Shown piece by piece: positions 1 to 15,552 of a stretch of 55,238 nt of DNA; the stretch's first letter is position 1; each line of letters opens with the position of its first letter. The DNA comes from Eledone cirrhosa (taxonomy: Eukaryota), in NCBI GenBank assembly GCA_964016885.1, contig CAXHJY010000966.1, positions 1 to 55,238 on the forward strand, given 5' to 3'. A program made the position numbers and the translations under genes. The notes under the pieces were generated by a model. It saw only the letters and a program-made list of their open reading frames with translations, did not search any database and had not been told where the DNA came from.

Positions 1-4660
<4,660 letters not shown>

Positions 4661-4792
4661 CACAGAAAAAAGAGAATCAGTGTTGCGACGAATGGAATTT
4701 ATTGGACAGATTACAATCGTTTCTCATCAGAGGAATGTAATCTGACCAATATATTCCATTCGTCGCAAAACTGATTCTCTTTTTTTTCTGTG
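4661..4792. repeat. Imperfect inverted repeat (~55-bp arms, 20-nt loop)
   Basis: cacagaaaaaagagaatcagtgttgcgacgaatggaatttattggacagattaca (4661-4715) is the reverse complement of 4736-4792 with few mismatches. Confidence 0.9.
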
Positions 4793-4851
4793 ATATCATA
4801 CTCTGCTCTATGACAGCATCGAGTACTCATATGGACGCTTTAAGCAACCAA

Positions 4852-5061
4852 CACCAAGTATATATATATATATATATTATATATATAATGGATTTCCACA
4901 GTTTCTATCGACCAAACTCCACTTACAATTCATAATCACATGTCATGCCTGACAATATAAAAATATATATATATATATATATATATTTTTATATTGTCAG
5001 GCATGACATGTGATTATGAATTGTAAGTGGAGTTTGGTTGATAGAAACTGTGGAAATCCAT

Positions 5062-5092
<31 letters not shown>

Positions 5093-5099
5093 CTTGGTG
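4852..5099. repeat. Near-perfect 248-bp palindrome centred on (TA)n
   Basis: Arms caccaagta...gacaatataaaaa and tttttatattgtc...tacttggtg differ by one substitution and TA-run length; the arm includes a SINE fragment (cagtttctatcgaccaaactccacttacaa). Confidence 0.95.
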
Positions 5100-6191
5100 G
5101 GGGTTATTTTTTTTATTTATTTTAATTGGACCAAGTTTTACATCAGCTGAAAAAAATGAGCACCAGCTGAAACTAGGAGTTAACTCCTGCAATAAATTGG
5201 AATTCTGTCCACGGGGGTGGGGGCAGTCTTGCGTTCTCAGTCACTTGGCCTTAATAAATCTGGGATAAGGTGAAGACCGATGGACTTCTGGACTTTGAAG
5301 AAAATTTTACAAACTCTTTTCATATCAGCCTGGTCAAAAATGAACCTGGTTCTATGAAACAAAACTACCCAATTGAAAGAATTCCTATTTAAATTAAAAT
5401 ATTCCAATATAATTTTATGGCAGAACCATATCTTTAATACCAATAATTTTAGTAAACCCCTCAAAATATTTCCTCAATTGAAATAGTGTATATTTCATAA
5501 GAAATATTGTCATAAAAGTGTTAATTTTATATATAGCTTGGATGTGCTTACAAATCCAGATGAATGATTTTTTTTTTTTTTAGCCAATGTTGCCATAATT
5601 GTCAAGGAGATTCAGCATGACAGTGTGAGACAAGGCTGACATTTTGAATTAGAGACACAATCCATCTGACGGGCTTTCATACAGCTTCTGTCCACCTAAA
5701 TTCACTCAAAAGCTTGTGTTAACTTGAAGCTATGATAAATGACATCTTTCTCATATTCAGTGTAAAACAACATTGGTATAACTGTCTTGAAATCTCTCAA
5801 TGCAGGTTAAGGATCAATCCACCCCGTGGTCCCAACGGACAGGATGGAGAAGACATTGCCCCAGAAACAGTTTTATATTGAAGAACCAGATGCGAGTCTT
5901 CGTACTTAGAACAGACTTTAAAACCAGCATTGTTTACAAGTTAGAAAACAATATCATATAAAGAATATCTGACATTCCTCTAGATAGTTCTAAATAGATG
6001 TTCTTTTCAAGTTAATACTTCCAACATACATAGACTGGCCACATAAAGGTCAAAGCTATTAGCTAAATGAAGATGAATAATAAAGAATTAATGTGTTTTA
6101 AGATAAAAACCTTGGTTTTTAAGTCAACCAGAGTCTAAGCCATTAACCAACTGATAGATGAGCTTATATCTACACAAAACTGAAACAGCAT

Positions 6192-6355
6192 ATTAACCCT
6201 TTCATTAACATTTCTAATGGAAAACACTTGGTGTTTGGAAGATTACAAAGGTTCTTACATAAAGTTATGATGGAAAATTTTCAGATGAAAAACACTTTAA
6301 AACAAAAAGCTTTGTATCACAAAACTAGGGGCAGTTTGTCATCAAAAGAGTTTAG
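6192..6355 (+). mobile_element. Internally deleted piggyBac-like MITE copy
   Basis: Starts ttaaccctttc; internal segments (aaaggttcttacat, ttatgatggaa) match the copy at 31459-31711. Confidence 0.6.
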
Positions 6356-6902
6356 CTTGAAAAATGGAGGTAAAATGTTGGTGATTAATTAACTTACTAT
6401 TTTTGAAGCAAAACAATGAAGATATGCAAATAAAAACTGAAAATGAAATTATTTTATCCAAATTCCAAACAAAGCTATTATTGGTATCAATACTTTTAGT
6501 GAACAATAAAGGACAATTTGTGAATTTGAAAGAAGCATCATCAGCAGTGTTTGACTATGAAAAATAGTCTTATAAGTTGGGCATATAAACCACTACCATG
6601 TGAAGAAAACTTAGATGGAAATTGCAGAAACCTTGTATGTGTATGTTGACTATGTCTACATTGTGGATATGTTACATAAAATAGCAGTACAACAGAAAGA
6701 GATCAATAAAATAAGTACCAGACTTGACGGGTGAAAATAAGTACTGGGGTTGATATGATCAACTAAAATACATTTAGGTGTTAACACTGATTGAAACCAA
6801 TAAAATAAATATATATTATATATCACCAGGGGCAGATTATGTTTAAGGCAGTCCCCCATTGCTGCAGTCTGATGACTGAAACCAATAAGATAATAATAAT
6901 GA

Positions 6903-7310
6903 TTTCTAATTTAGGAACAAGCCCAGCAATTTATTAGGGAGTGAGTAAAGTTGATTATATGGACGCCAGTACTTGACTGGTACTTTATCAACCCTGGAAG
7001 GATAAGAGGCAAAGCTAACCTCGGTGGTATTTGAACTCAGAACATAAAACGCCTTAACTGTATGCAGCAAAGGATGTTGTCTGGTGCTCTACTGATACTG
7101 CCAATCCACCACCCTATAATAATAACGGTTTCTTATTTAGGCACAAATCAATTAAATTGACCCCAGTGCATTACCAGTACTTTATTTTATCAACCCTGTA
7201 AGGATAAAAGGCAAAGCTAACCTGGACTCGGGGAAATAGAAAATCACCACTCAATACTGCAAAGCATGTTGTCTGACACACTACCGATACTGCCAATCCA
7301 CCACCCCTAA
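6903..7310 (-). mobile_element. Two adjacent tRNA-derived SINE copies (family A)
   Basis: Each has the head ggtggtggattggcagtatc and body ctttgcct(c/t)ttatcct on the minus strand; the first keeps the B-box gagttcaaat; homologous to 14494-14709. Confidence 0.8.
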
Positions 7311-7362
7311 TAATAATAATAATAAAAATATCTAACAAAATAAAAAAACAGAGTTCTCTCAC

Positions 7363-7490
7363 CTGGCTACATTCATGTAACATATATAATCGACATTACC
7401 AACATCTCCTTCAACGCAATCTAAACACATAGCAGAGGTGTATTTCAGCTTTAAGAATAACGATTTTTTTTTCTTATGTTTTTGCATCAT
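7363..7490 (-). CDS. Candidate first coding exon of an unidentified host gene (MMQKHKKKKSLFLKLKYTSAMCLDCVEGDVGNVDYICYMNVA, phase-2 donor)
   Basis: Non-repetitive sequence; ATG-initiated 42-codon frame ending at a consensus donor CAG|GTGAGA (7363/7362); no homolog recognised. Confidence 0.35.
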
Positions 7491-7749
7491 AATATATGGA
7501 GTTTTTTTTTAAACATCAGCTCCCAACTATTTGATAACAGCGAGTGAAACTAATTCAAAGTAATAAATAAAACAAGACAGTGGGCGACTGATTCTCAACA
7601 AATATGAAAAAAAAATGTGTCTATGATTATATATAATATATATATATTTAATCCAGTAATCCATAAGCTAGTTAAAATCATCAATTATCTGTATACTATC
7701 AGTCAACAATGATTAACAATTAATTAGAAGACTACAGGATTTTAGCTCA

Positions 7750-8032
7750 CCAACAAACTGTACAGCCACCACCTCTACCACTACAACAGCCACCACCTCC
7801 ACAACCTCCATCATTGCCAATGCCACCACCACCACACCCACCACAACCTCTGAAACTGCCACAACAGCCAACACCACTACCACAACCTCCACTACTACAA
7901 TCACCACCATCGCATCCACCACTACAACCAGATCCACCCCCACAGACACTACATCGACTACCACCACCACCACAGCCACTACATCGACTACCACCACCAC
8001 CACAGACACTACATCGACCACAACACAACAAC
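7750..8032. repeat. Degenerate (ACC/ACA/ACT)n trinucleotide low-complexity tract
   Basis: Triplet periodicity with a ~30-bp sub-repeat actacatcgactaccaccaccaccacag(a/c)c. Confidence 0.85.
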
Positions 8033-8154
8033 CTTTATACAGATGATCACATCTACTTAACTACAAATATAAAATACACAATGAATAACAAGAAATATAC
8101 AAGACAACTATCATCGATCATATATGTTTATTATTTTTTTTAATATTATTATTA

Positions 8155-8530
8155 CAGTACACACTATAAATTGGTAGCAGTGGTGCCACGATATAATGCA
8201 CCCAGTAGACGCTGTAAATTAATGTTGGTGCCACAGTATAATGTACCCAGTACACACTGTAAGTTGGTAGTGCTAGTGCCATAATAAAATACACCCAGAA
8301 CACCCTGTAAAGTGGTAGTACAGGTGCCACAATAAAATGCACCCAGTACGCCATGTAAATTGGTAGTGTTGGCACCACAATATAATAGATCCAATACACA
8401 CTAAAGTGTTAGTGCTGGTGCCATGGTAAAATGTACCCAGTATACTCTGTAAAGTGATAGAGGTGGTACCACAATATGATGCACTCAGTACACTCTAATG
8501 TGGTTGGCATTAGGAAAGACACCCAATCAA
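8155..8530 (+). repeat. Tandem ~55-60-bp multimer of a SINE/RTE 3'-tail segment
   Basis: About 6 units of ggtgccacaataaaatgcacccagtacactctgtaaagtggtagt, ending in gtggttggcattaggaaag, which matches the RTE 3' UTR at ~12350-12390. Confidence 0.75.
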
Positions 8531-8629
8531 AGAAACCATGCAAAATACGGCATGCATGAGCAAGTTGAGATGGCTTGACCTATCTTGTCTCACACCGTGA
8601 CAACCTGTTGAAACCATACCATCAGGTGT

Positions 8630-8808
8630 ATAATGGCCCTTCACATTCTGAGTTCAAATCCCTCCAAGATTAGCTTTGCCTTATATATACCCTTATGGGG
8701 GGTCGATAAAATAAAGCACAAATAAGGCACTAGGGTTGATTGCATCGAATTTCCTCCTTCTCTCCAAATTGCAGGCATTGTGCCAAATATAGAAACAATT
8801 ATCATTAT
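8630..8808 (+). mobile_element. tRNA-derived SINE family A, 5'-truncated
   Basis: ctgagttcaaatcc...ctttgcctt...gtcgataaaataaagcac...tgtgccaaatatagaaacaattat. Confidence 0.75.
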
Positions 8809-9349
8809 TTACTTTCAATGTTCTGAACCACATTAGCAAAATGTTGTTGTAAAGTCCATGACATCACTGTCCACCAGTAAAGATACTATAAACATTTGAA
8901 TTAACAAACATGTTATTAAATATTTTCTGCTAAAGCATTCCAGGATGTTAAGAGTTAATTGGTGCAAGCATGATGGTATGAATAAGTTCCCTTTGTAACT
9001 GTGTGGTTTTAGGTTCAATACTATATAGGACCATGTGATGCCTTGTGAGTGAATTTGGTAGGTGGAAACTGACAAGCGTGTCTCACACACACATACATAT
9101 TGCATTTCATCTCGTTCACAAGACTACCTACCAGTTTGTCGCAGTCACACTATTTTTGATTTTTTTTTTCTTTACTTGGACTCCTTTATTTCTTTGTGAT
9201 CCTGTCTAATTTTGTACTCCTGATAAAGGCCTAAAGCCCAACACAGTGAACTTTCTTTCCACTTTTACATATAAAACACGAAACTAATAAAACTTTTTGT
9301 ACCTGTTTGTTGGCTCCTTGAACACTCATTTATATATATAAACCGATAA

Positions 9350-12300
9350 CCGACAGTGACTACATAATTATTGCTGGCGACCTAAATGGTCACATTGGAC
9401 AACATTGTGATGGCTATGACGGAATCCATGGAGGCTATGGGTTTGGTACTAGAAATGAGGAAGGCTCCAGAATCCTGGAATTCTGTGACGCAAATAACCT
9501 AACTGTCTGTAACACTAACTTAAAAAACGAGACAATCACTTGATCACCTATAGATCAGGGGAACACGCCAGTCAGATAGATTATATCCTTACCAGAAGAC
9601 CTGATAGAGTGTCTGTTGTAAACACTAAATCCCTCCCCCATGAAGAATGCACCTCCCAACAGACTCATAGTCAGAACAAGACATACTCGACAACAGAGGA
9701 GGACTATCCTCAGGAGAAAAATATGGAAGCTAACGGACCCCACAGCCAGTAATAAATTTAAAAGCATATTACTTGATGCTTTTGACAGTAAGGAAGAGCA
9801 ATTAGAGGAACAGTGGGAATTCCTGAAAGCTAACCTGCTGAAGGCAGCAGATGATGTCTGTGGTGGCTGGAGCAGGCCTATAGGCAGGAGGAGAGTAACG
9901 TGGTGGTGGTGGAACAGTGAGGTTGAGGAGTCAATTAATAAATTTCAAAGCATATTACTTGATGCTTTCGACAGTAAGGAAGAACATTTAGAGTCGGACA
10001 ATATAGAGGGACAGTGGGAATTTCTGAAAGCAAACCTGCTGATGGCGACAGACGAAGTCTGTGGCTGGAGCAGGCCTGTAGGCAGGAGGAGAGTAACATG
10101 GTGGTGGAACAGTAAGGTGGAGGGGTCAATTAAGGCCAAAAAGCAGGCTTGGAAAGTATGGTGGGATGGGGGAAGTAGAGAAGACTATCAAGTGGCCAGG
10201 AGGGAAGCTAGGAGACAAGTGTACTTCGCAAGAAGGGAAACAGAGGAAAGAAAGTTCAAGCATGTTCTACAACGCGAGGACCAAAAATGTGAGGTGTTCA
10301 GGATTGCTAGGCAATGTGTCAAGGAAAACCGTGATATTGTCGGGGAGAAGTGTGTCCTTAATGATGATGGTGTACTTGCCATCACCGACGCTAAGAAGGT
10401 AGCTTGGAAGTGTCACTACGAAAGGCTACTAAATGAGGAGAATAATTGGGAGAAAGTCTCACCCACATCGATCCAATAGAGGGACCAGCAGTGCAAGTTG
10501 AAGGTAGTATAATAAGTAAGGTGATCAAAGATATGAAGACAGACAAGGCGGCTGGGCCTTCGGAAATAGTTGCTGAAATGCTGAAAGCATCTGGAACGGT
10601 GGGACACACTATGGCCACCAGGATAGTAAACCAAGTCATACAGAATGGGGTCGTTCCGAAGAACTGGCATAGCAGCATCGTTAACTGCTACAAGGGTAAA
10701 GGAGATGCCCTATATAGGGGTAACTATAGAGGCATTAAATTAATCGACCAGGTCATGAAGGTCACAGAAAAAGTAATAGCGCAACTAATCAGAGAGCGAA
10801 TTGATCTAGATGAAATGCAGTTCGGGATTGTGTCAAGTAAAAGTACCACAGACGCTCTTTTCATTGTACGACAACTACAGAAGTACCTAGCTAAAAGTAA
10901 ACCCCTATACTTAGCTTTTGTTGACTTGGAGAAAGCCTTTGACAGAGTCCCCCGCTCCATTATCTGGTGGGCTCTTAGAAGACTAGGCGTTGATGAATGG
11001 CTTGTGAGAGCTATACAAGCCATGTATAAAGAAACAGTCAGCAAGGTTAGAATTAACAACGAATATAGTGAAGAGTTTAGCGTAAAAGTTGGTGTTCATC
11101 AGGGCTCCGTCCTTAGCCCCCTCCTATTTATTATTGCCCTTCAAGCTATAACAGAGGAGTTCAAGATTGGCTGCCCATGGGAACTCCTATACGCAGATGA
11201 TCTAATGCTCATAGCTGAATCAATGGCCGAACTAGAGAAGAAATTCCAAACATGAAAGCATCGCCTAGAATCAAAAGGCCTTAAAATTAACCTGTCTAAG
11301 ATTAAAGTTCTAGTTTGTAGGAAGGAAAATAGGGCACCAGTCCCATCTGGGAAATGGCCATGCTCAGTGTGTAGGAAAGGAGTAGGCAGAAACTCCATTT
11401 TATGTCCCAAATGCAAAGTATGGGTGCATAAAAGATGTAGTGGGATCACAGGTAAGCTAACTAAGAATATAGATTTTATATGTGGCCGGTGCTCTGGTGC
11501 AATAAGTAGCAACAAGTGCCCACAGAATACTAGCTCATTCCATTGCCCAGATGGTTCTATAGAAATAGTGGACACCTTCCGTTACCTGGGTGACAAAATC
11601 AGCAGTGGTGGAGGGTGCTCTGAAAGTACAGTAGCTAGAGTCAGAACGGGATGGAAAAAGTTCAGAGAGCTTATACCACTATTGGCCGCTGAAGGGTTCT
11701 CTCTAAAAATGAAAGGCAGGCTGTATGATGCCTGCATACGAACAGCAATGTTACATGGCAGTGAGACCTGGGCATTGTGTGCAGAGGATATACACAGACT
11801 GGAGATGAATGAAGCTTGCATGCTCCACTGGATGTGTAATAGTAATATACATGAACGGCAAAGCATAAATGAACTAAGGGAGAAATTAGAAGTAAGAGGG
11901 ATCAGATGCTGTTTCCTCGAGAGAAGACTACGTTGGTACGGTCACGTGATGCGCATGAAAGACGACAGCTGTATAAAAAAGTGCAGGGCAATAAAAATAG
12001 ACGGTAGCCACGGAGTAGGCAGACCCAGAAAAACCTGGGACAACTTGATAAATTCCGACCTCACACACTTACACCTCTCCAAGACAATGTCACTGGACCA
12101 AGATCTTTGGCGCTACACAGTAATACAGAAGACCCGCCTTGCCTAAGTACAAAGCGAAACCTACAGTCAGTAGGCATCTCTAACAAAAATACACCCCCGT
12201 CCCACTACCCCCACCCCTTCCAATGTAAAGTTATGTTGGTACCACAACATCCAGTCCGAAACAAATGAGGTCGTGTAGGTGTCACGACAAAAAAAAACAC

Positions 12301-12510
12301 AGTCCACGCTATAATGTGGCCGTGTAGGTAACGCGGTAAAAATCTCCCAGTCCACACTGTAAACGTGGTTGGTGTTAAGAAGGGCATCCAGCCGTAGAAA
12401 ACCCGCCAGACAGTCCTATACGAGCAAGACAACCAATCTTGCCTCAAGTAGGAAAATTCCTGTCCAAACCCATGCTAGCGTGGAAGATGGACGTTAAACG
12501 ATGATGATGA
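9350..12510 (+). mobile_element. RTE-clade LINE copy 1, 5'-truncated and defective (APE C-half, RT with PHD insert, 3' UTR, (GAT)n tail)
   Basis: GDLNGH, SQIDYIL, FVDLEKAFDRV, GVHQGSVLSPLLF, YADD, FRYLG and RLRWYGHVMR motifs; frameshifts (e.g. ~10460) and a TGA at 11253-11255; tail cgttaaacgatgatgatga. Confidence 0.95.
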
Positions 12511-12530
12511 TATATATATATCAATACTAT

Positions 12531-12755
12531 TTAACCCTTTAGCATTTAAACCGGCCATATCCAGCAAAAATTCTCTCACCTCTTTCTGTTCAAACCAGCT
12601 ATAACTGGTCGCTCATACTGACGTTATGGTATTGTTCTCAAAATAAATGATATCAAAATCTCATAGCTTCGACATTATGTGAAATATGTGAGGTAAAGCC
12701 TTTACCACAAAAATACAATTGTATATATAGAGTAATGTAAATGCTAACGGGTTAA
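12531..12755. mobile_element. piggyBac-like MITE with TTAA TSD
   Basis: ttaa-ccctttagcattta ... taaatgctaacggg-ttaa terminal inverted repeats. Confidence 0.85.
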
Positions 12756-13026
12756 CACAATCAGTGACATTTGTTCATATTCTGTTTAAACAATACATCC
12801 TGCAGCTAACCAATTCAAAGATAGAATGTGTGAGGTATATCATAATCTTACTGTAGGGATTAGTATCAGTCAGGCCATAGAAAAACAGTCCCCGCCAAAA
12901 CACTAATTCCAGGTATACAGGCATAAAAATGTGGTTCATGGTAACATTGATGATAATGTTGACAGCAATAATGATATTCAGAATTCAAAAACACCAATTC
13001 TCTTCATGCCAACATGGAAAAAGAGA

Positions 13027-13845
13027 TGGCAATGTTAACGGCAATGCTGGTGGCGACGTTGACGGCAATGCTGGTGGCGACGTTGACGGCAATGCTGGTG
13101 GCGACGTTGACGGCAATGCTGGTGGCGACGTTGACGGCAATGCTGGTGGCGACGTTGACGGCAATGCTGGTGGCGACGTTGACGGCAATGCTGGTGGCGA
13201 CGTTGACGGCAATGCTGGTGGCGACGTTGACGGCAATGCTGGTGGCGACGTTGACGGCAATGCTGGTGGCGACGTTGACGGCAATGCTGGTGGCGACGTT
13301 GACGGCAATGCTGGTGGCGACGTTGACGGCAATGCTGGTGGCGACGTTGACGGCAATGCTGGTGGCGACGTTGACGGCAATGCTGGTGGCGACGTTGACG
13401 GCAATGCTGGTGGCGACGTTGACGGCAATGCTGGTGGCGACGTTGACGGCAATGCTGGTGGCGACGTTGACGGCAATGCTGGTGGCGACGTTGACGGCAA
13501 TGCTGGTGGCGACGTTGACGGCAATGCTGGTGGCGACGTTGACGGCAATGCTGGTGGCGACGTTGACGGCAATGCTGGTGGCGACGTTGACGGCAATGCT
13601 GGTGGCGACGTTGACGGCAATGCTGGTGGCGACGTTGACGGCAATGTTGGTGGCGACGTTGACGGCAATGTTGGTGGCGACGTTGACGGCAATGTTGGTG
13701 ACGTTGACGGCAATGTTGGTGGTGACGTTGTCGGCAATGTTGGTGGTGACGTTGACGGCAATGTTGGTGGTGACGTTGACGGCAATGTTGGTGGTGACGT
13801 TGACGGCAATGTTGGTGGTGACGTTGACAGTAATGTTGGTGTTGA
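13027..13845. repeat. 24-bp minisatellite (ggcaatgctggtggcgacgttgac)n
   Basis: 25 perfect units at 13040-13639, then progressively variant units. Confidence 0.97.
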
Positions 13846-14121
13846 TGATGATAATGGTGGTAGTGACGATGATGCTCACAAGGACAGCAATAATGATATT
13901 CAGAATCCAACAACACCCATCCTCCCACCCACTGAAGTTCAAGTCTGTTGAGACTTAATTACATTTTCATATCGAGAGATTTCAGTTGATGATAGACAGT
14001 GAAATCAGTAAATTATTATCTTTGATACTTGGGTCAATGACTGGAGCTAAGTTATATTTAGTTTTGAAACTACAGACTCCATCCCTCAAACAAAATAACA
14101 GCTAAATATGCTATATGTACT

Positions 14122-15044
14122 TTAATCCTATCATTACAATATTTCTTATGGAAGACATTGCTTATGATTTTCAAAAACAAAAAAAAAAATAATTTTGAAA
14201 CTTATCAAGAATTTATTGTGATCTAGAATTATAAATAACTTTTTCATTAAGCTGACATTTGGAACATAACTTAATAAAGGTTCTTATAACAAATTATGAT
14301 GGAAAGTTTTTAGTTAAATATAAACACATTCAAAATAAATGGTTTTGTATTGTAGAACTTGGGGGTAGTTTTAAGCAGTTTTGCTACCATATTTCTAATG
14401 AAAAGCACTGCTTATAATTTTCAATTTTGATAATCAAGAATTTGGAGAAATTTAGTTATATAACAAACTGTTTCATTATTAAGCTGGTGTTTAGGGCAGT
14501 GGATTGGCAGTATCAGTAGAACATTAGGCACCATGCTTTGCAGCATAGAGTTATGGCCTTTTACATTCCGAGTTCAAATCCTACCAAGATTAGCTTTGCC
14601 TTTCATCCGTACAGGGACAATAAATAAAGCACCAGTAATGCACTGGGGTCGATTTAAACGACTTTCCCCTCCCCTTCAAATTGCTGGCCTTGTGCCAAAA
14701 ATAGAAACAATTATTAAGCTGGTGTTTGGAATATAAAATTATGATGGAAGGTTTTTAGATAAATATAAACATTTTAAAATAGACAGTTCCATATTAGAGA
14801 ACCAAGGGAGGTTTCAGGTGATTTTGGTATCAAATGGATTAATCTTCTCTTGACAATATTTCTTATGAAACACACATTATCAATTAATCTATGATGAATT
14901 TAGAAGGATTTACTAAAATTACTAAAATGACATTTGTAACAATGCTGGAAAAATACAATTTAAATAAAAAAAACCTTTAAAATGTCTCCCCTCTTTCTCC
15001 ATAGAACCGGAGATGGTTTTGTCTGTTGGTTTTAAAAGAGTGAA
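14122..15044 (+). mobile_element. Head-to-tail run of about three piggyBac-like MITE copies (same family as 31459-31711)
   Basis: Recurring atatttcttatg(g)aa..cac start and ttatgatggaa body; copies 2 and 3 share a TTAA at 14839-14842. Confidence 0.6.
14494..14709 (+). mobile_element. Full-length tRNA-derived SINE family A with 18-bp TSD
   Basis: A-box-like tggcagtatcag and B-box gagttcaaatcc; TSD attattaagctggtgttt at 14475-14492 and 14710-14727. Confidence 0.88.
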
Positions 15045-15303
15045 CAGCAACTACTGTTCCGCTAATGATTATATGTAGTAACTGATAGAAAATAACGGAA
15101 TGATGGCTGGGGGCTATTTATCTCTTCTGTAAAAGACCACTGGGTTATTGTAGGTAAACAACAACAACAACATGAACTGAATAGCAAGAATGGGGTTAAT
15201 GGAATGAAGGTGTGCTGATAATTACATTAACAAGATTTAAAACAAACCAAATTCTCAAAACAACCTTAATAAAAGATAAGGAGTGAGAGAGAGAGAGGGA
15301 TGG

Positions 15304-15340
<37 letters not shown>

Positions 15341-15344
<4 letters not shown>

Positions 15345-15552
15345 ATGATTGTTGGGTGAAGACATGCCAAACGTTTCTAGTGGAAGGAAGCTACAGTCGA
15401 GGACGACTAAGGAAGACCTGGGTAGAAGTGGTGAGAGTGGATCTCAAAACACTGAACCTCACAAAAGTGATGACAAAGGTAAGCAGTAGAAAGAGGGAGG
15501 CCGTGCTAGAAAAGACCTGTCCAACCCATGCCAGCATGGACATAAAAATGAT
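15341..15552 (+). mobile_element. Old RTE 3'-end fragment
   Basis: MDDCWVKTC..VEGS..RGRLRKTW..V..DL resembles the RTE C-terminus; tail cccatgccagcatggacataaaaatgat; (TA)n on both sides. Confidence 0.8.

Noticed and set aside
5806-5881. Possible plus-strand terminal exon (LRINPPRGPNGQDGEDIAPETVLY*)
   Set aside because: Short, weak polypyrimidine tract, no recognised homolog, and opposite to the other strand clues
6870-6895. CTGATGA-ct-GAAAC hammerhead-like string
   Set aside because: No helix II or helix I; it looks like a variant of a SINE 3' end (gcagtc..atgactgaaac)
7713-8143. Pro-, Gly/Cys- or Val-rich ORFs
   Set aside because: Degenerate triplet repeat; no recognisable domain
9215-9250. 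ctgataa-aggc-ctaaa-gcc-caacac hammerhead-like relic
   Set aside because: Both core strands are mutated (no CUGANGA, no GAAA); not distinguishable from chance
12929-13958. Mucin- or antigen-like ORFs of 274-340 aa
   Set aside because: Five overlapping frames are open simply because the 24-bp unit has no stops; no supported exon boundaries
14494-14590. tRNA gene
   Set aside because: A/B boxes belong to a SINE head; no cloverleaf; followed by SINE body and TSD
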